From an uncultured Acidobacteriota bacterium (lineage in GTDB: Bacteria; Acidobacteriota; Vicinamibacteria; Vicinamibacterales; JAFNAJ01): a stretch of 64,000 bases of DNA. Shown here piece by piece: positions 35,921 to 45,836 of the stretch. Positions within the stretch are counted from its first letter, which is position 1, and each line of letters opens with the position of its first letter. Location: contig CAVONI010000003.1 of NCBI GenBank assembly GCA_963697285.1, positions 99,693-163,692 on the forward strand. Reading direction: 5' to 3'. The position numbers and the translations under genes are program-made. Under the pieces are notes generated by a model. The model searched no databases, was not told the DNA's origin, and was given only the letters and a program-made list of their open reading frames with translations.

Positions 35921-36415
35921 GGGCGTCCCTTTCGATCAACCGGGGGCGTGCCGGCAATCCACTGACGCGTGCGCCGCCCTGTGGCGATCCAGTGGTCACG
36001 ACCAATAAGGTTCCTCCCGAGATCGCCGACGTCGGGAAGTCGCTGCCATTCTACTCACGAGTGAGATGGACTGGACCTGCCTTTCGTGGGCGTCGGCAGT
36101 GCCACATGGAATCGCTGTATTCGAGCAACAAAGTCACCAAGACAGCAGACTATCTTCGAGCCTTCCCGGTCAGAGCGACCCTTGCTGGCGCAACGCGCCA
36201 ATGTGGCGCAGGCTCGACAATTGCTAGGGTAATGGAAGACCCGAGGATGCTCCCTCGGGGCGCGTGGGATTGGGTATGTACCCATCGGACACAACCACAG
36301 GGCGTCCACCCCCCTTCGCCCCAGCATGCAGGGGACGGCCAGCCCTCGCCGCCTCAGGCGCCCCCTGCCCCACCAGCCGCACGTCAGCATTCATTTTGAT
36401 CGGAGGGAGATTCCC

Positions 36416-37123
36416 ATGAGGAAACGCGTCATCGCACTCGTGCTTCTGGCGGTACTCGGCCTGGCCGCGCAGGTCGCCAGGGCGGCACCGGTCCTCAGTT
36501 TCGCTGAACTGGGCTTCAAGTCATCGATTGACGGCGTCGTGTACGACAGCGCATTTGGTCCATGGGCGCCAGTGGGAGCCGATCTGACGGGCTTCAACAT
36601 GACGACGGGGCTCGGCACGGTCAAGTACACGTTCAGCGGCGCGGGAAGCTACTACGTGGCCGGGTTCTTCGACTACCAGTTCGTGGACCCGCTGGTCGGC
36701 GGGGGGATATTCGACGAGTTGGGTGCCGTGGTTGGCGCCCCTGGGGCCGGACAGAGTTGGGAGATTGACGAACCCGGTTGGGTGTTTGGGGACATCTACG
36801 ACCATTTCAAGGTCTTCGACTTCGCGACGCCACTCGAGATGGCAAACACCAACCCGGCCGGACCCGAGGACGTCTCCGTGGCGTTGGGCTATGCCTTCAC
36901 GCTTGGCGCCGGAGACCCAGACCGGGACGTCTACTTCACTGTATCGCTTGCACCACCGACGTCAGGTTACTACCTCGAGCATAGTGACCCATCGGGCTCG
37001 AAGGTCTACTTCCAGCAGACGACCCAGGCTCCGGGCCCCGGCCCGATCCCTGAGCCCGCCATGCTGACGCTCTTCGGTCTCGGTCTCGCGGCGGTGTCGC
37101 GGCGGCTTCGCCGGCGCGCGTAA
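36416..37123 (+). CDS. PEP-CTERM-anchored secreted protein
   Basis: The ATG at 36416 follows GGAGGGAG. Signal peptide MRKRVIALVLLAVLGLAAQVARA and C-terminal PIPEPAMLTLFGLGLAAVSRRLRRRA. Confidence 0.75.
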   Translation: MRKRVIALVLLAVLGLAAQVARAAPVLSFAELGFKSSIDGVVYDSAFGPWAPVGADLTGFNMTTGLGTVKYTFSGAGSYYVAGFFDYQFVDPLVGGGIFDELGAVVGAPGAGQSWEIDEPGWVFGDIYDHFKVFDFATPLEMANTNPAGPEDVSVALGYAFTLGAGDPDRDVYFTVSLAPPTSGYYLEHSDPSGSKVYFQQTTQAPGPGPIPEPAMLTLFGLGLAAVSRRLRRRA

Positions 37124-37128
37124 ACGAG

Positions 37129-37162
37129 GCACCGGCCTGACCGGTGCTTTCTGCTCTCTCTC
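37129..37162 (+). terminator. rho-independent terminator after the PEP-CTERM gene
   Basis: gcaccgg-cctga-ccggtgc stem-loop (37129-37147) followed by tttctgctctctctc. A second hairpin ccggtcgggc/gcccgaccgg lies at 37163-37187. Confidence 0.55.
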
Positions 37163-37234
37163 CCGGTCGGGCGCGTTGCCCGACCGGCCCTCTTATGCGG
37201 AGGTCCCCCCAAAAGGCATGTGAAGGAGATGGGC

Positions 37235-39788
37235 ATGATCAGGAAGGTTCCTTGGCGCATTGCCCCCGTGTTTGTCGTTCTCGCCGCGTTGCTCCTTCCC
37301 GCAGCAGCCATGGCCGCCCCGCCCGTCGTCAAGACGGTGCCCTGGGTCGCCACGAACCCGCTGATCGCACACGATACGTATGCCGGGAAGGCGGTCACGC
37401 TGAAAGGCACCTCTGACGTTCAGGGTGCCAACATCACGTACAGGTGGGCGTTCGGTGACGGCACCCCGGATGCGACCGGCACGGTCTCGAACCGGTTCGT
37501 CATCGAGGCGTCGCACACGTATGCGGGCTCGGCTGGCGACATCTTCGCCGCCACGTTGACCATCACGAACACGACCACAGCTGAGTTCGCTTCGGCCACG
37601 TACCTCGTCCAGATGCGGGCCAAGAGCCTGGAGGTCGAGGCCAACATCGCCATCGACGAAGGCCTCTGGTACCTGCACAAGACGATGTACCGCTACGTCC
37701 AGAGCGGCAAGGACTATGGTTCATGGATGTCGGGCTGCAGCGGCGTCGCATGCGCGGGCTACATCGCGCTGCAGGCCACCAACGTCAACGCGTTCTTCGT
37801 GAACGGCCACCGCGAAGATGGCCTGGCGTCGAATCCGTATGTCGAGACCGTCCAGCGCGGGATGCGCCGGTTCTTCGACGGCATCAGCGCGGGCTCGACG
37901 GGCCTGAAGACGTACACGGTCGGAACCTACAACGCCGGCTTTGCGTTCGCGGGCACCATGGATCCCGACTGCACGGACTGCGTCGCAGGGGATCCCTCGA
38001 AGAACGGCAAGTACCTCTACATCGGCAACGATACGTACCAGATGGGCATGGTGCTGACGGCGCTCGCGGCGAGCGGCACGCCCACCAGGCTTGCCGACAC
38101 CGGGAATGTGAACGTCGTGAGTCGTACCTATCGCGCGATCCTGCAGGATCTCGTGGACTGGTTCGTGTGGGGCCAGAACTACAACGGCAACGGCTCGGGA
38201 TTCGGCGGGTGGCACTACGGGGCGCAGTACGGCAGCGCCGACAACTCCACCGCCCAGTGGGGCGCCATCGCGTTGCTGGCCGCCGAGGGGTTCGGCAAGG
38301 CGCAGTACGGCCCGACCGACCCTGGCATCCAGATCCCGGAGATCGTCAGGCAGGCAAACCCGTACTGGCTGAAGAACACGTTCTACATGACCGGCTCGGG
38401 CGGCATGTACGGCTACTTCCTCTATTCGGCCAATTACAACCCCTGGTCGCTCTGGGCGACCACGCCCTCTGGCATGGTCCAGCTGGCGCTCGACCGGCTC
38501 GGTCGAGGCGGCGCGGACCAGAAGTGGGAGAAGACCGAGGCGTACACACGCAACCAGTTCGCCAACACGGGCTACTGCAACGGGGTCAAGGAGTACTACT
38601 ACGGCCTCTATGCCTTCGTGAAGGCGATGCTGCTGCACGTGGACGAAGTCAGCGGGGTCAAGGACCCGATCACGCTGCTCGGGGGTGACCTGGATTGGTA
38701 CGCGGCCGAAGTCAGCGCCGGCGCGCCAACCGACGGCGTGGCCAGGACGCTCGTTGGCGACATGAACGCGGGTCACTACTGGTCGGGTCATTACTGCGGC
38801 GACGGCGCCCAGAACTACTTCGAGACGTCGTGGGCGATCCAGATGCTCAATCGGACGGTCACGGAGTCGGGCGCGCCGGTGGCGGTCGCCAAGGCCATCC
38901 CGAATCCGGCGGTGGCGGGCGGCGAGGTGAAACTCGATGGGTCGTCCTCGTTCCACCAGGATCCGACCAAGAGCATCGTGAAATGGGAGTGGGACATCGG
39001 GAATGACGGGACCTACGACCTGTTCGGACCCATCGCGACGTGGACAGCGCCCGCTGTGCTCGGCAACTACGTGGTGAAGCTGCGGGTGACCGACAACTTC
39101 GGCGCCGGCGCCCAGGACGACGCGGTCATCACCGTCAACGTGTCGATCCCGCCGCTGGCGCCGACGGCTGATGCCGGCGGCCCGTACAACTTCTGCCCGG
39201 GCGCAACGCCGTGGTTCCTGGACGGCTCCGGCTCGGTCAACCCCGACCAGGGCACGCACGATCCGAACTGCCCTGCCTGCCCCGGCGACACGATCCAGTC
39301 GGTACGCCTGGGATCTGAACAACGACGGCACCTACGACATCGCCAACAGCAAGGTGCCCGACGTGACGGCCGCCTTCACGGCGAGGGGGTTCGGCAACTA
39401 CCTGGTCCGCTTGAAGGTGACCGACACCACCAGCCTCTCGTTCCCGCCGCAGCCCGACTTGTCGAGCACCAGCACGGGCGAGGTGAACGTGCTGGCGGCG
39501 TCGGATCCGAGGTGCGCTGGCTGCACGGTCCTGACCGCTCGGGCCGCTGGCAGGCAGGTGCAGCTCAACTGGACGAATGTGTCGGCTGCGGGGTACAGGG
39601 TGTACCGCAGCCAGGTTGCTGGAGGCCCGTACGACCTGATCGCGCAGGTGCTGGGCACCCAGTTGCTCTACATCAACAGCGGCCTGACCGTTGGCAACAC
39701 CTACTACTGGGTGGTGAAGCCGCTGGCACCGAACCTCGACGAGACCTGTCAGTCGAACCAGGTGATGGCGAAGATCGTCGGCCGGTAG
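37235..39788 (+). pseudogene. large secreted PKD-domain protein with alpha/alpha-toroid (prenyltransferase/terpene-cyclase-like repeat) core and C-terminal Fn3-like domain; frame broken near 39301
   Basis: RBS GAAGGAG then ATG at 37235. Signal peptide, PKD motifs (YRWAFGDGT, KWEWDIGNDGTYD, YAWDLNNDGTYD) and a GGWHYG...STAQWGAIALLAAEG repeat. Junction: ...GDTIQS|extra g 39301/39302|YAWDLNNDG, continuing to a stop at 39788. Confidence 0.75.
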
Positions 39789-39897
39789 CACCGCGACCGG
39801 TCGGCGGCCGTCCGTGAAACGACACTGGTCGAACCCGGAACACGTCCTCCGGGTTCGGCCAGTGCTTTATGGGGTCCCCATTCGTCCAGAGGTGCAC

Positions 39898-41637
39898 ATG
39901 CGTGCTCGTCTTGTCGCCGGCGCCGGGTTCCTGGCTGGAGTGTTGACGCTGACCGTGGCGGTCACCCTGCGGGCACACGCCACGCAGGTTCCGCCCGCGC
40001 CGCCTCCGGAGGCCTCGGCCGCGGTGAAAGCGCCGGTCTACGTCCTGCTGCAGACGACGCTCGACGACGAGATCAACGTGCCCGCCAGCATGGACGGCCT
40101 GCCTCGCACCCTCAAGGTGGTTGACAGGTTGCAGGCGCGCGCCGCCGCCTTCCACCCGGTGTGCCTGCTGCAGTTCAGCGGGGTCGCCGCCAACCTCCTG
40201 GGACGCGAGAACGGTTCGACGCATTCCGTGGATACCGTCAAGGACTACGTCCGGAGAGGCCTGGCCGAAGTCGGCTATGACGGCACCGAGGAACCGACGT
40301 TCGTCGCCCGGCCGCGGCCGAACCTGCGCGGCGCCGATACGCCCGAGAAGCGATGGCTGGCCAGGCTCCAGGCCCACCAGTGGTTCCTGACCGAGTGGAA
40401 GCACACGCTCACGGGGGAACCCGATCCTTCGCAGGTCGGAGGATTCAAGCGCGTGCTGGATGTCTTCGGCCATGTGGCCTTCGCGCGCGGCATCACCTAC
40501 GAGCCCTGGTACGCCGGTGAACTGGTGCATGCGCTTGACGCACTCGGCTCACGTCCGGCACTCGTGGGCTTCCTCGAAAACACGACGTACCCGGCCCGCA
40601 ACCTCGACGGCTACCGCATGGGCGCGCCCATGAACAGCAACCTGCTGGCGGCCGACGAGCGATGTGCCCCCGAGGTGTTCTGGCTCGACACGGCCCTCCG
40701 CGTGTCTGACTACGGCGTCTCCGGCGGGCGTGTGTTCAATGCCTACGAAGGGCCGGAGGCGCTGACGAAGCTGCTCGAGGGCCTCGACCGGTCGAAGCTG
40801 CATGTCGTGCAGGTGCGGCTCGGCCACCCGGCGGTGTACATGAAGCCCGGCTTCGGTGCCCGCAATTACCAGACGCCCCTGGAGCATGCCTACGACAACC
40901 CCAAGGCCCCGAACCTCCCGGCGGCGGCGAAACGTTCGCCGGAGGAACGGGCGGCGATGGAGGCCCAGGAAGACGCGGTACTCGACTGGCTGGTGACGAC
41001 GTTCCTTCCGCAGAACCCCGGCAGTCGATTCGTCTCGGTGAAGCAGCTCGCCAGCCAGGCCGAGTCCGGCCTGTCGGAACCGGTCACGCGCGCGGACCTG
41101 GCGGAGGCGGCGACCTCGTTGATTCGCGAGACCGAGGCGGCGGTTGGGCAGCTTCCGCCGTTCGTTCGCGGCGGCACGCGGTACTTCTCGCTGGCCGACC
41201 TGTTCGGTCTCCTGGTCACGGCGCTGGGCGACACGACCCAGCCCGGTGTCTGGCCCGCGACCTCGCGACCCGTCAGGCTGTTCGGCCCCTTGAAGGTCGA
41301 ACCCGACAACCAGGCGACCGGTGTCCGCATCCCCATCGCGGCGTTGACCCGGGAGTCGGCCGGAATCCGTCGCATGCTGACCGCCGCCGCCTGGACAGCG
41401 GTGCCGCGCAATGCGGTGCCCGCGTCTGTGACCGTCGAGGGAGTGCGCGTGACAGCGGCCCAGTTCCTTCGGATGGCCGCCGAGGCGTACGTGGCGGCAC
41501 CGGGCACGACAGAGGTCGAGTTGAAGTGGACCGGAGACGACAGCGTGTTTGCGACGAGATTCCCGCCGACGAGGCCAATGGCAGACAGGGGAGGCGCCTG
41601 GACGGCGAAGCCGGCAGCCATCCGGTTGGACCAGTAG
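39898..41637 (+). CDS. secreted protein of unknown function (~580 aa)
   Basis: ATG at 39898 with signal peptide MRARLVAGAGFLAGVLTLTVAVTLRAHA. Coding-like composition throughout. No family recognised. Confidence 0.6.
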   Translation: MRARLVAGAGFLAGVLTLTVAVTLRAHATQVPPAPPPEASAAVKAPVYVLLQTTLDDEINVPASMDGLPRTLKVVDRLQARAAAFHPVCLLQFSGVAANLLGRENGSTHSVDTVKDYVRRGLAEVGYDGTEEPTFVARPRPNLRGADTPEKRWLARLQAHQWFLTEWKHTLTGEPDPSQVGGFKRVLDVFGHVAFARGITYEPWYAGELVHALDALGSRPALVGFLENTTYPARNLDGYRMGAPMNSNLLAADERCAPEVFWLDTALRVSDYGVSGGRVFNAYEGPEALTKLLEGLDRSKLHVVQVRLGHPAVYMKPGFGARNYQTPLEHAYDNPKAPNLPAAAKRSPEERAAMEAQEDAVLDWLVTTFLPQNPGSRFVSVKQLASQAESGLSEPVTRADLAEAATSLIRETEAAVGQLPPFVRGGTRYFSLADLFGLLVTALGDTTQPGVWPATSRPVRLFGPLKVEPDNQATGVRIPIAALTRESAGIRRMLTAAAWTAVPRNAVPASVTVEGVRVTAAQFLRMAAEAYVAAPGTTEVELKWTGDDSVFATRFPPTRPMADRGGAWTAKPAAIRLDQ

Positions 41638-41665
41638 TGCGCCGCCGGACGGACGAGCGCATGTC

Positions 41666-44600
41666 ATGGGGAGCAGGTCAGTGAACTCATTCAGAATGAA
41701 GGTCGCGTGCCTGGCGTTGCTCATCGTCAACGCGGGCGCCATCGTGGTGCAGGCGCAGTTGACGACGGGAACGATCACGGGATCCGTGATCGACCCGAGC
41801 GGCCAGCCGGTGGCTGGTGCCATGGTGGTCGCATCGGACGGGCTTCGCGCGCTGAGTCGCACGACCGTCAGCGATGGTGAGGGGCGCTATCGTCTTGCGG
41901 ACCTGCCTCCGGCCCGCTACGACATCTCGGCTGTCGCGCAGGGGTTCGAGCGGGTTGAACGCCCACAGGTGCCCGTGGCGGTCGACAGCGAGCAGCGACT
42001 CGACTTCTACCTGCCCATCGCGGGCATTGTGCAGACCGTCGAGGTGACGGCTGAACTCGCGCCGCTCCAGGTCGAGTCTGCCGACCTGGGCACCATCATC
42101 GATCAGCGGCGCATCCAGTCGCTGCCGCTGAACCGGCGCGACTTCCTGCAACTGGCGATGCTGACGCCCGGCGTCAATCCGCCGGCTGAAGGCTCTGAGC
42201 TGTCGTCGCGCGGATCGTTTGCGATGCACGCCAACGGCGGCCGCGAGGAATACAACAACTACCTGCTCGACGGCGTCGACAACAACGACCCGTACGTCAA
42301 CCGCTACGTCGTGCAGCCTCCGGTCGACAGCATCCAGGAGTTCAAGATCGCCACGAACAGCTACAGCGCCGAGTACGGGCGGAGCGCCGCCGGGCAGGTC
42401 AACGTCATCACGCGGAGCGGCAGCAACCGCTTCGATCTCTCGGCCTACGAGTACTACCGGAACGAGTCCCTGAACGCCCGCAACGCCTTCGACGACTCGG
42501 GCGAGAAGCCGCCGTTCGAACGCAACCAGTTCGGCCTGAGCCTCGGCGGCCCGCTGCTGCGCGACCGCACGTTCGCCTTCGCGAGCTTCGACTTCCTGCG
42601 CGAACGGCGCACCGTGACGCGCCTGTCGACGGTGCCGACCGACCTGCAGCGCGCGGGGAACCTGTCGGAACTCCCAACCACGGTGTATGACCCGTTCACG
42701 AGGCAGCCGTTCGCCGGCAACATCATCCCGCCGAACCGCATCGATCCGATCGCCCGCAACGTGATTGCCCTGTATCCACATGCCAACAGGCCGGGGCTGG
42801 CCGGCAACTACCTGTACAACGCGCCGTCGCGCGAGGACCAGGACCAGGCGACCATCCGTCTCGATCACCGGCTCTCTGCCCGCGATCAGCTGATGCTGCG
42901 CTACAACCACGGCACGGTGGACGCCTTCGACCCGTACGCCGAAGACACCGAAACCGTTCCGGGCTTCGGGAACACGTACGAAGATCCCGCGACCAACGCG
43001 ATGCTGCAGTACCAGCGCGTGTTCGGCGACCGAACGGTCAGCACATCGCGGTTCGGGTTCAACCGGTACGCCCGCAACATCCTCCCGGAGAACTACGGGA
43101 CCGACGTCGGCGCGCTGTGGGGGGTGAACTGGCTCGAGGTGCCCGAACGCGACTACGCGTATCCCGCCATGACGATCGCGGGGTTGTCGAAGGTCGGCGA
43201 CACCGGCACGCTGCCCATCCAGCGAGAGACGACCACGTATCAGTTCAGCCAGACGATCGCGCTGGACCGGGGCCCGCACCTGTGGCGGTTCGGCGGCGAC
43301 ATCCGTCATCAGCGCCTCGACGGCAACCTCGACATCCTCGCGCGCGGGTCGCTGACCTTCTCCGGGCTGCTCTCGGGATCCGGCATGAGCGACCTGCTGC
43401 TCGGGTATCCATCGTTCACGCTGCAGTCGAAGTCCGACAACACGTTGCAGCTCCGCACCACGGCGTACACGGCCTACGTGCAAGACGACTGGAAACTCGC
43501 GCCCGACGTCACGCTCAACCTCGGCGTGCGCTACGAGTACAACACGCCGGCCAGCGACCCGACGAATCACATGTCGAGCTTCGACGCCGCCTCGGGCGCG
43601 GTGGTCCCTGTCGGAACGAACGGCATCTCGGCCTCGGGCGTGCAGGCGGATCACAACAACATCGCACCGCGGATCGGGCTCGCGTGGCAGCCCCGCCCCG
43701 GCCTGGTGGTGCGCGGGGGCTACGGCCTCTACTACGACGGGGGCATGTTCGAGGTGAACTCGGCGCAGTACTTCAACCCACCGCAGTTCACGCTCAGGGC
43801 CTACTTTCCGACGCAGTTCTCGCTGCTGACGCTCAGCAACCCGTTCCCGGCCAACGGCGGGTTCGCGCCTCCGCCATCGCTCAGCACGCTGAGCCCTGAC
43901 CTCGTCACGTCGTTCATGCAGCACTGGAACGCAAGCGTGCAGTACCAGGTCGGGTCGCTCGGGGTGGTGACGGTCAGCTACGCGGGGTCGAAGGGAAACA
44001 ACCTGATCCGTTCGCGCGACCTGAACCAGCCGCCCCCGGGTCCGGGCAGCGTGCAGGCAAGGCGGCCGTATCCCGCCTACGGCAGCATCTTCTACATCGA
44101 GAGCGCCGGCCGCTCCACGTTCAACTCGCTGCAGTTCCTGTTCAGCCGTCCGCTCGCGCGCAGCGTGTCGGTCTGGGCGTCGTACACGCTGTCGGATTCG
44201 AAGGACGACGGCTCGGCATTCCTCGGCACGACCGGGGATCCGAACTTCCCGCAGGACAGCCAGAACATGGCGGCGCAGTGGGGCCCGTCAGGGTTCGACA
44301 TCCGCCATCGTTTCGCGGCGTCGTTCATCTACCAGCTGCCGGCGGGCAACGTCATCACGCGCAACACGGAGCTGCGCGGCATCGTCACCCTCCAGTCGGG
44401 ACAGCCGTTCACGCCGCTGCTGCGCTTCGACAACAGCAACACGGGCAACACCGGCCAGCAGAGCGGGTCTGACCATCCCAACCTGGTCGGCAATCCCGAC
44501 ATCGCCAACCCCGGCCCCGGCGCGTGGTTCGACACCAGCGCGTTCGCCGTGCCGCCGCCGTACACCTTCGGCGATGCGGGGCGCAACATCCTGCGGGGGC

Positions 44601-44812
44601 CCGGGTACTCGTCGGTGGACATGGCGCTTGCCCGGCGCATCCCGCTCGGAGGCAGGCGCGGACTCTGGGTCGAGGCGCAGGTATTCAACCTGTTCAACCG
44701 GGCGAACTACGACCTGCCCGAACTCTACGTGGACGAACCGGCGACCTTCGGCCGGATCTTCTCGGCGAAGGCTCCGCGACAGGTGCAGCTTGCCGTGCGT
44801 GTGAACTTCTAG
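41666..44812 (+). CDS. TonB-dependent-receptor-like outer-membrane protein with carboxypeptidase-regulatory-like domain
   Basis: Signal peptide (MKVACLALLIVNAGAIVVQAQ; start at 41666 or 41696), TGTITGSVIDPSGQPVAGAMVV...YRLADLPPARYDI, a plug-like segment (IDQRRIQSLPLNRRDFLQL) and the barrel terminus ...QLAVRVNF. Confidence 0.85.
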   Translation: MGSRSVNSFRMKVACLALLIVNAGAIVVQAQLTTGTITGSVIDPSGQPVAGAMVVASDGLRALSRTTVSDGEGRYRLADLPPARYDISAVAQGFERVERPQVPVAVDSEQRLDFYLPIAGIVQTVEVTAELAPLQVESADLGTIIDQRRIQSLPLNRRDFLQLAMLTPGVNPPAEGSELSSRGSFAMHANGGREEYNNYLLDGVDNNDPYVNRYVVQPPVDSIQEFKIATNSYSAEYGRSAAGQVNVITRSGSNRFDLSAYEYYRNESLNARNAFDDSGEKPPFERNQFGLSLGGPLLRDRTFAFASFDFLRERRTVTRLSTVPTDLQRAGNLSELPTTVYDPFTRQPFAGNIIPPNRIDPIARNVIALYPHANRPGLAGNYLYNAPSREDQDQATIRLDHRLSARDQLMLRYNHGTVDAFDPYAEDTETVPGFGNTYEDPATNAMLQYQRVFGDRTVSTSRFGFNRYARNILPENYGTDVGALWGVNWLEVPERDYAYPAMTIAGLSKVGDTGTLPIQRETTTYQFSQTIALDRGPHLWRFGGDIRHQRLDGNLDILARGSLTFSGLLSGSGMSDLLLGYPSFTLQSKSDNTLQLRTTAYTAYVQDDWKLAPDVTLNLGVRYEYNTPASDPTNHMSSFDAASGAVVPVGTNGISASGVQADHNNIAPRIGLAWQPRPGLVVRGGYGLYYDGGMFEVNSAQYFNPPQFTLRAYFPTQFSLLTLSNPFPANGGFAPPPSLSTLSPDLVTSFMQHWNASVQYQVGSLGVVTVSYAGSKGNNLIRSRDLNQPPPGPGSVQARRPYPAYGSIFYIESAGRSTFNSLQFLFSRPLARSVSVWASYTLSDSKDDGSAFLGTTGDPNFPQDSQNMAAQWGPSGFDIRHRFAASFIYQLPAGNVITRNTELRGIVTLQSGQPFTPLLRFDNSNTGNTGQQSGSDHPNLVGNPDIANPGPGAWFDTSAFAVPPPYTFGDAGRNILRGPGYSSVDMALARRIPLGGRRGLWVEAQVFNLFNRANYDLPELYVDEPATFGRIFSAKAPRQVQLAVRVNF

Positions 44813-44837
44813 CAGGCCCGTCGACGACGAGCAGGCG

Positions 44838-45818
44838 TCACGCCCCCGACAGGCGGCGGGCGAGCGCGGCGATGTGGGCGGCGTCGGTGCCGCAGCATCC
44901 GCCCAGCACGCGCAGGCCGAAGCGGCTGCGCAGGTCGTACATCCCCGAAGCAAACTCGGCGGCGGCCTCGCCCTCGAGTTCCTCTGCACCATCGAGTTCC
45001 TCGGGACTCTTCGACGACGTGTTGGCCTGCAGGCCGAGGAACCTGCCGGTGCGTAGCGCGCGCATGCCAGCCGGCGTACCGAGCGCGGCGCCCAGTGTCG
45101 AACTGTGGACGCAGTTCACGAGGAAGCCCAGAGGGCGCGGGGTGACCTCGGTGTCGAGGCGTGCCATGGCCTCGTCGAGTGGCGTCTGGTCGAGCAGGCA
45201 GCCCGACGGCCGCACGATGAAACTCACGAGATAGGGGGAGCCCGTCGATGCGAGAGCCTCGGCCATACCGAGCGCCTCGTGGATCTCGGGCATGGTCGAG
45301 GCCATGAGGTAGTCGGCCCCGGCGGCGGCGAGCGCCGAGGCCTGCACCGCATGAAAGACCCGCGCCGCGTCCCGGGTGAGCGCCTCGCGGGGATTGTAGG
45401 CATCGCCCCGGCAACCCATGAGTCCGCCGATGTAGACATGCGCCGCGTAGTCGCCGCAGCGCGACCGGATGTCCTGGAGGAAGCGAACGGCATCGCCGTT
45501 GAGATCGCGCCCGGCGAACGCCGACGCTGCGAGCCGGTCGGGATTGGCCCGCCACGTGGGCGCGAGCGAGAAGAGCGGCAGGCCGTGCGCGCGCCCGATC
45601 TCGATGTACTCGCGGTAGATCTGCTGCAGCAGCGCGCGGCCGGCGTCGCCGTAGACCAGCGGCGCGTTCATGAGGAGTGGGTCGAGCAGCGTCGGCGCCC
45701 CGCGCCGTACGCGCTCGACCACCGCCCCTTCCATCAGCACGGTCACGCCCGCCGACACGAGGTCGGCGACGGACCGCCGCCGCTCGAGACGGCCCGCGTC
45801 GCTGTCGTGCTCGGCCAC
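44838..45818 (-). CDS. homocysteine S-methyltransferase family protein (MmuM/BHMT-like)
   Basis: 326 aa with the C-terminal Zn-ligand motif VLGGCCGTDAAHIAAL and an internal NCVH-type Cys region. Confidence 0.8.
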   Translation of the reverse strand: MAEHDSDAGRLERRRSVADLVSAGVTVLMEGAVVERVRRGAPTLLDPLLMNAPLVYGDAGRALLQQIYREYIEIGRAHGLPLFSLAPTWRANPDRLAASAFAGRDLNGDAVRFLQDIRSRCGDYAAHVYIGGLMGCRGDAYNPREALTRDAARVFHAVQASALAAAGADYLMASTMPEIHEALGMAEALASTGSPYLVSFIVRPSGCLLDQTPLDEAMARLDTEVTPRPLGFLVNCVHSSTLGAALGTPAGMRALRTGRFLGLQANTSSKSPEELDGAEELEGEAAAEFASGMYDLRSRFGLRVLGGCCGTDAAHIAALARRLSGA

Positions 45819-45836
45819 CGCGCCCGCCCGGCCTCT

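Noticed and set aside
35921-36330. Calling a cobalamin riboswitch as a feature upstream of the MttB-like operon.
   Set aside because: Only partial, out-of-register matches to the conserved core. The B12 box and the GGTG.AA.TCC element were not found by eye. Kept only as a low-interest item to test with a covariance model.
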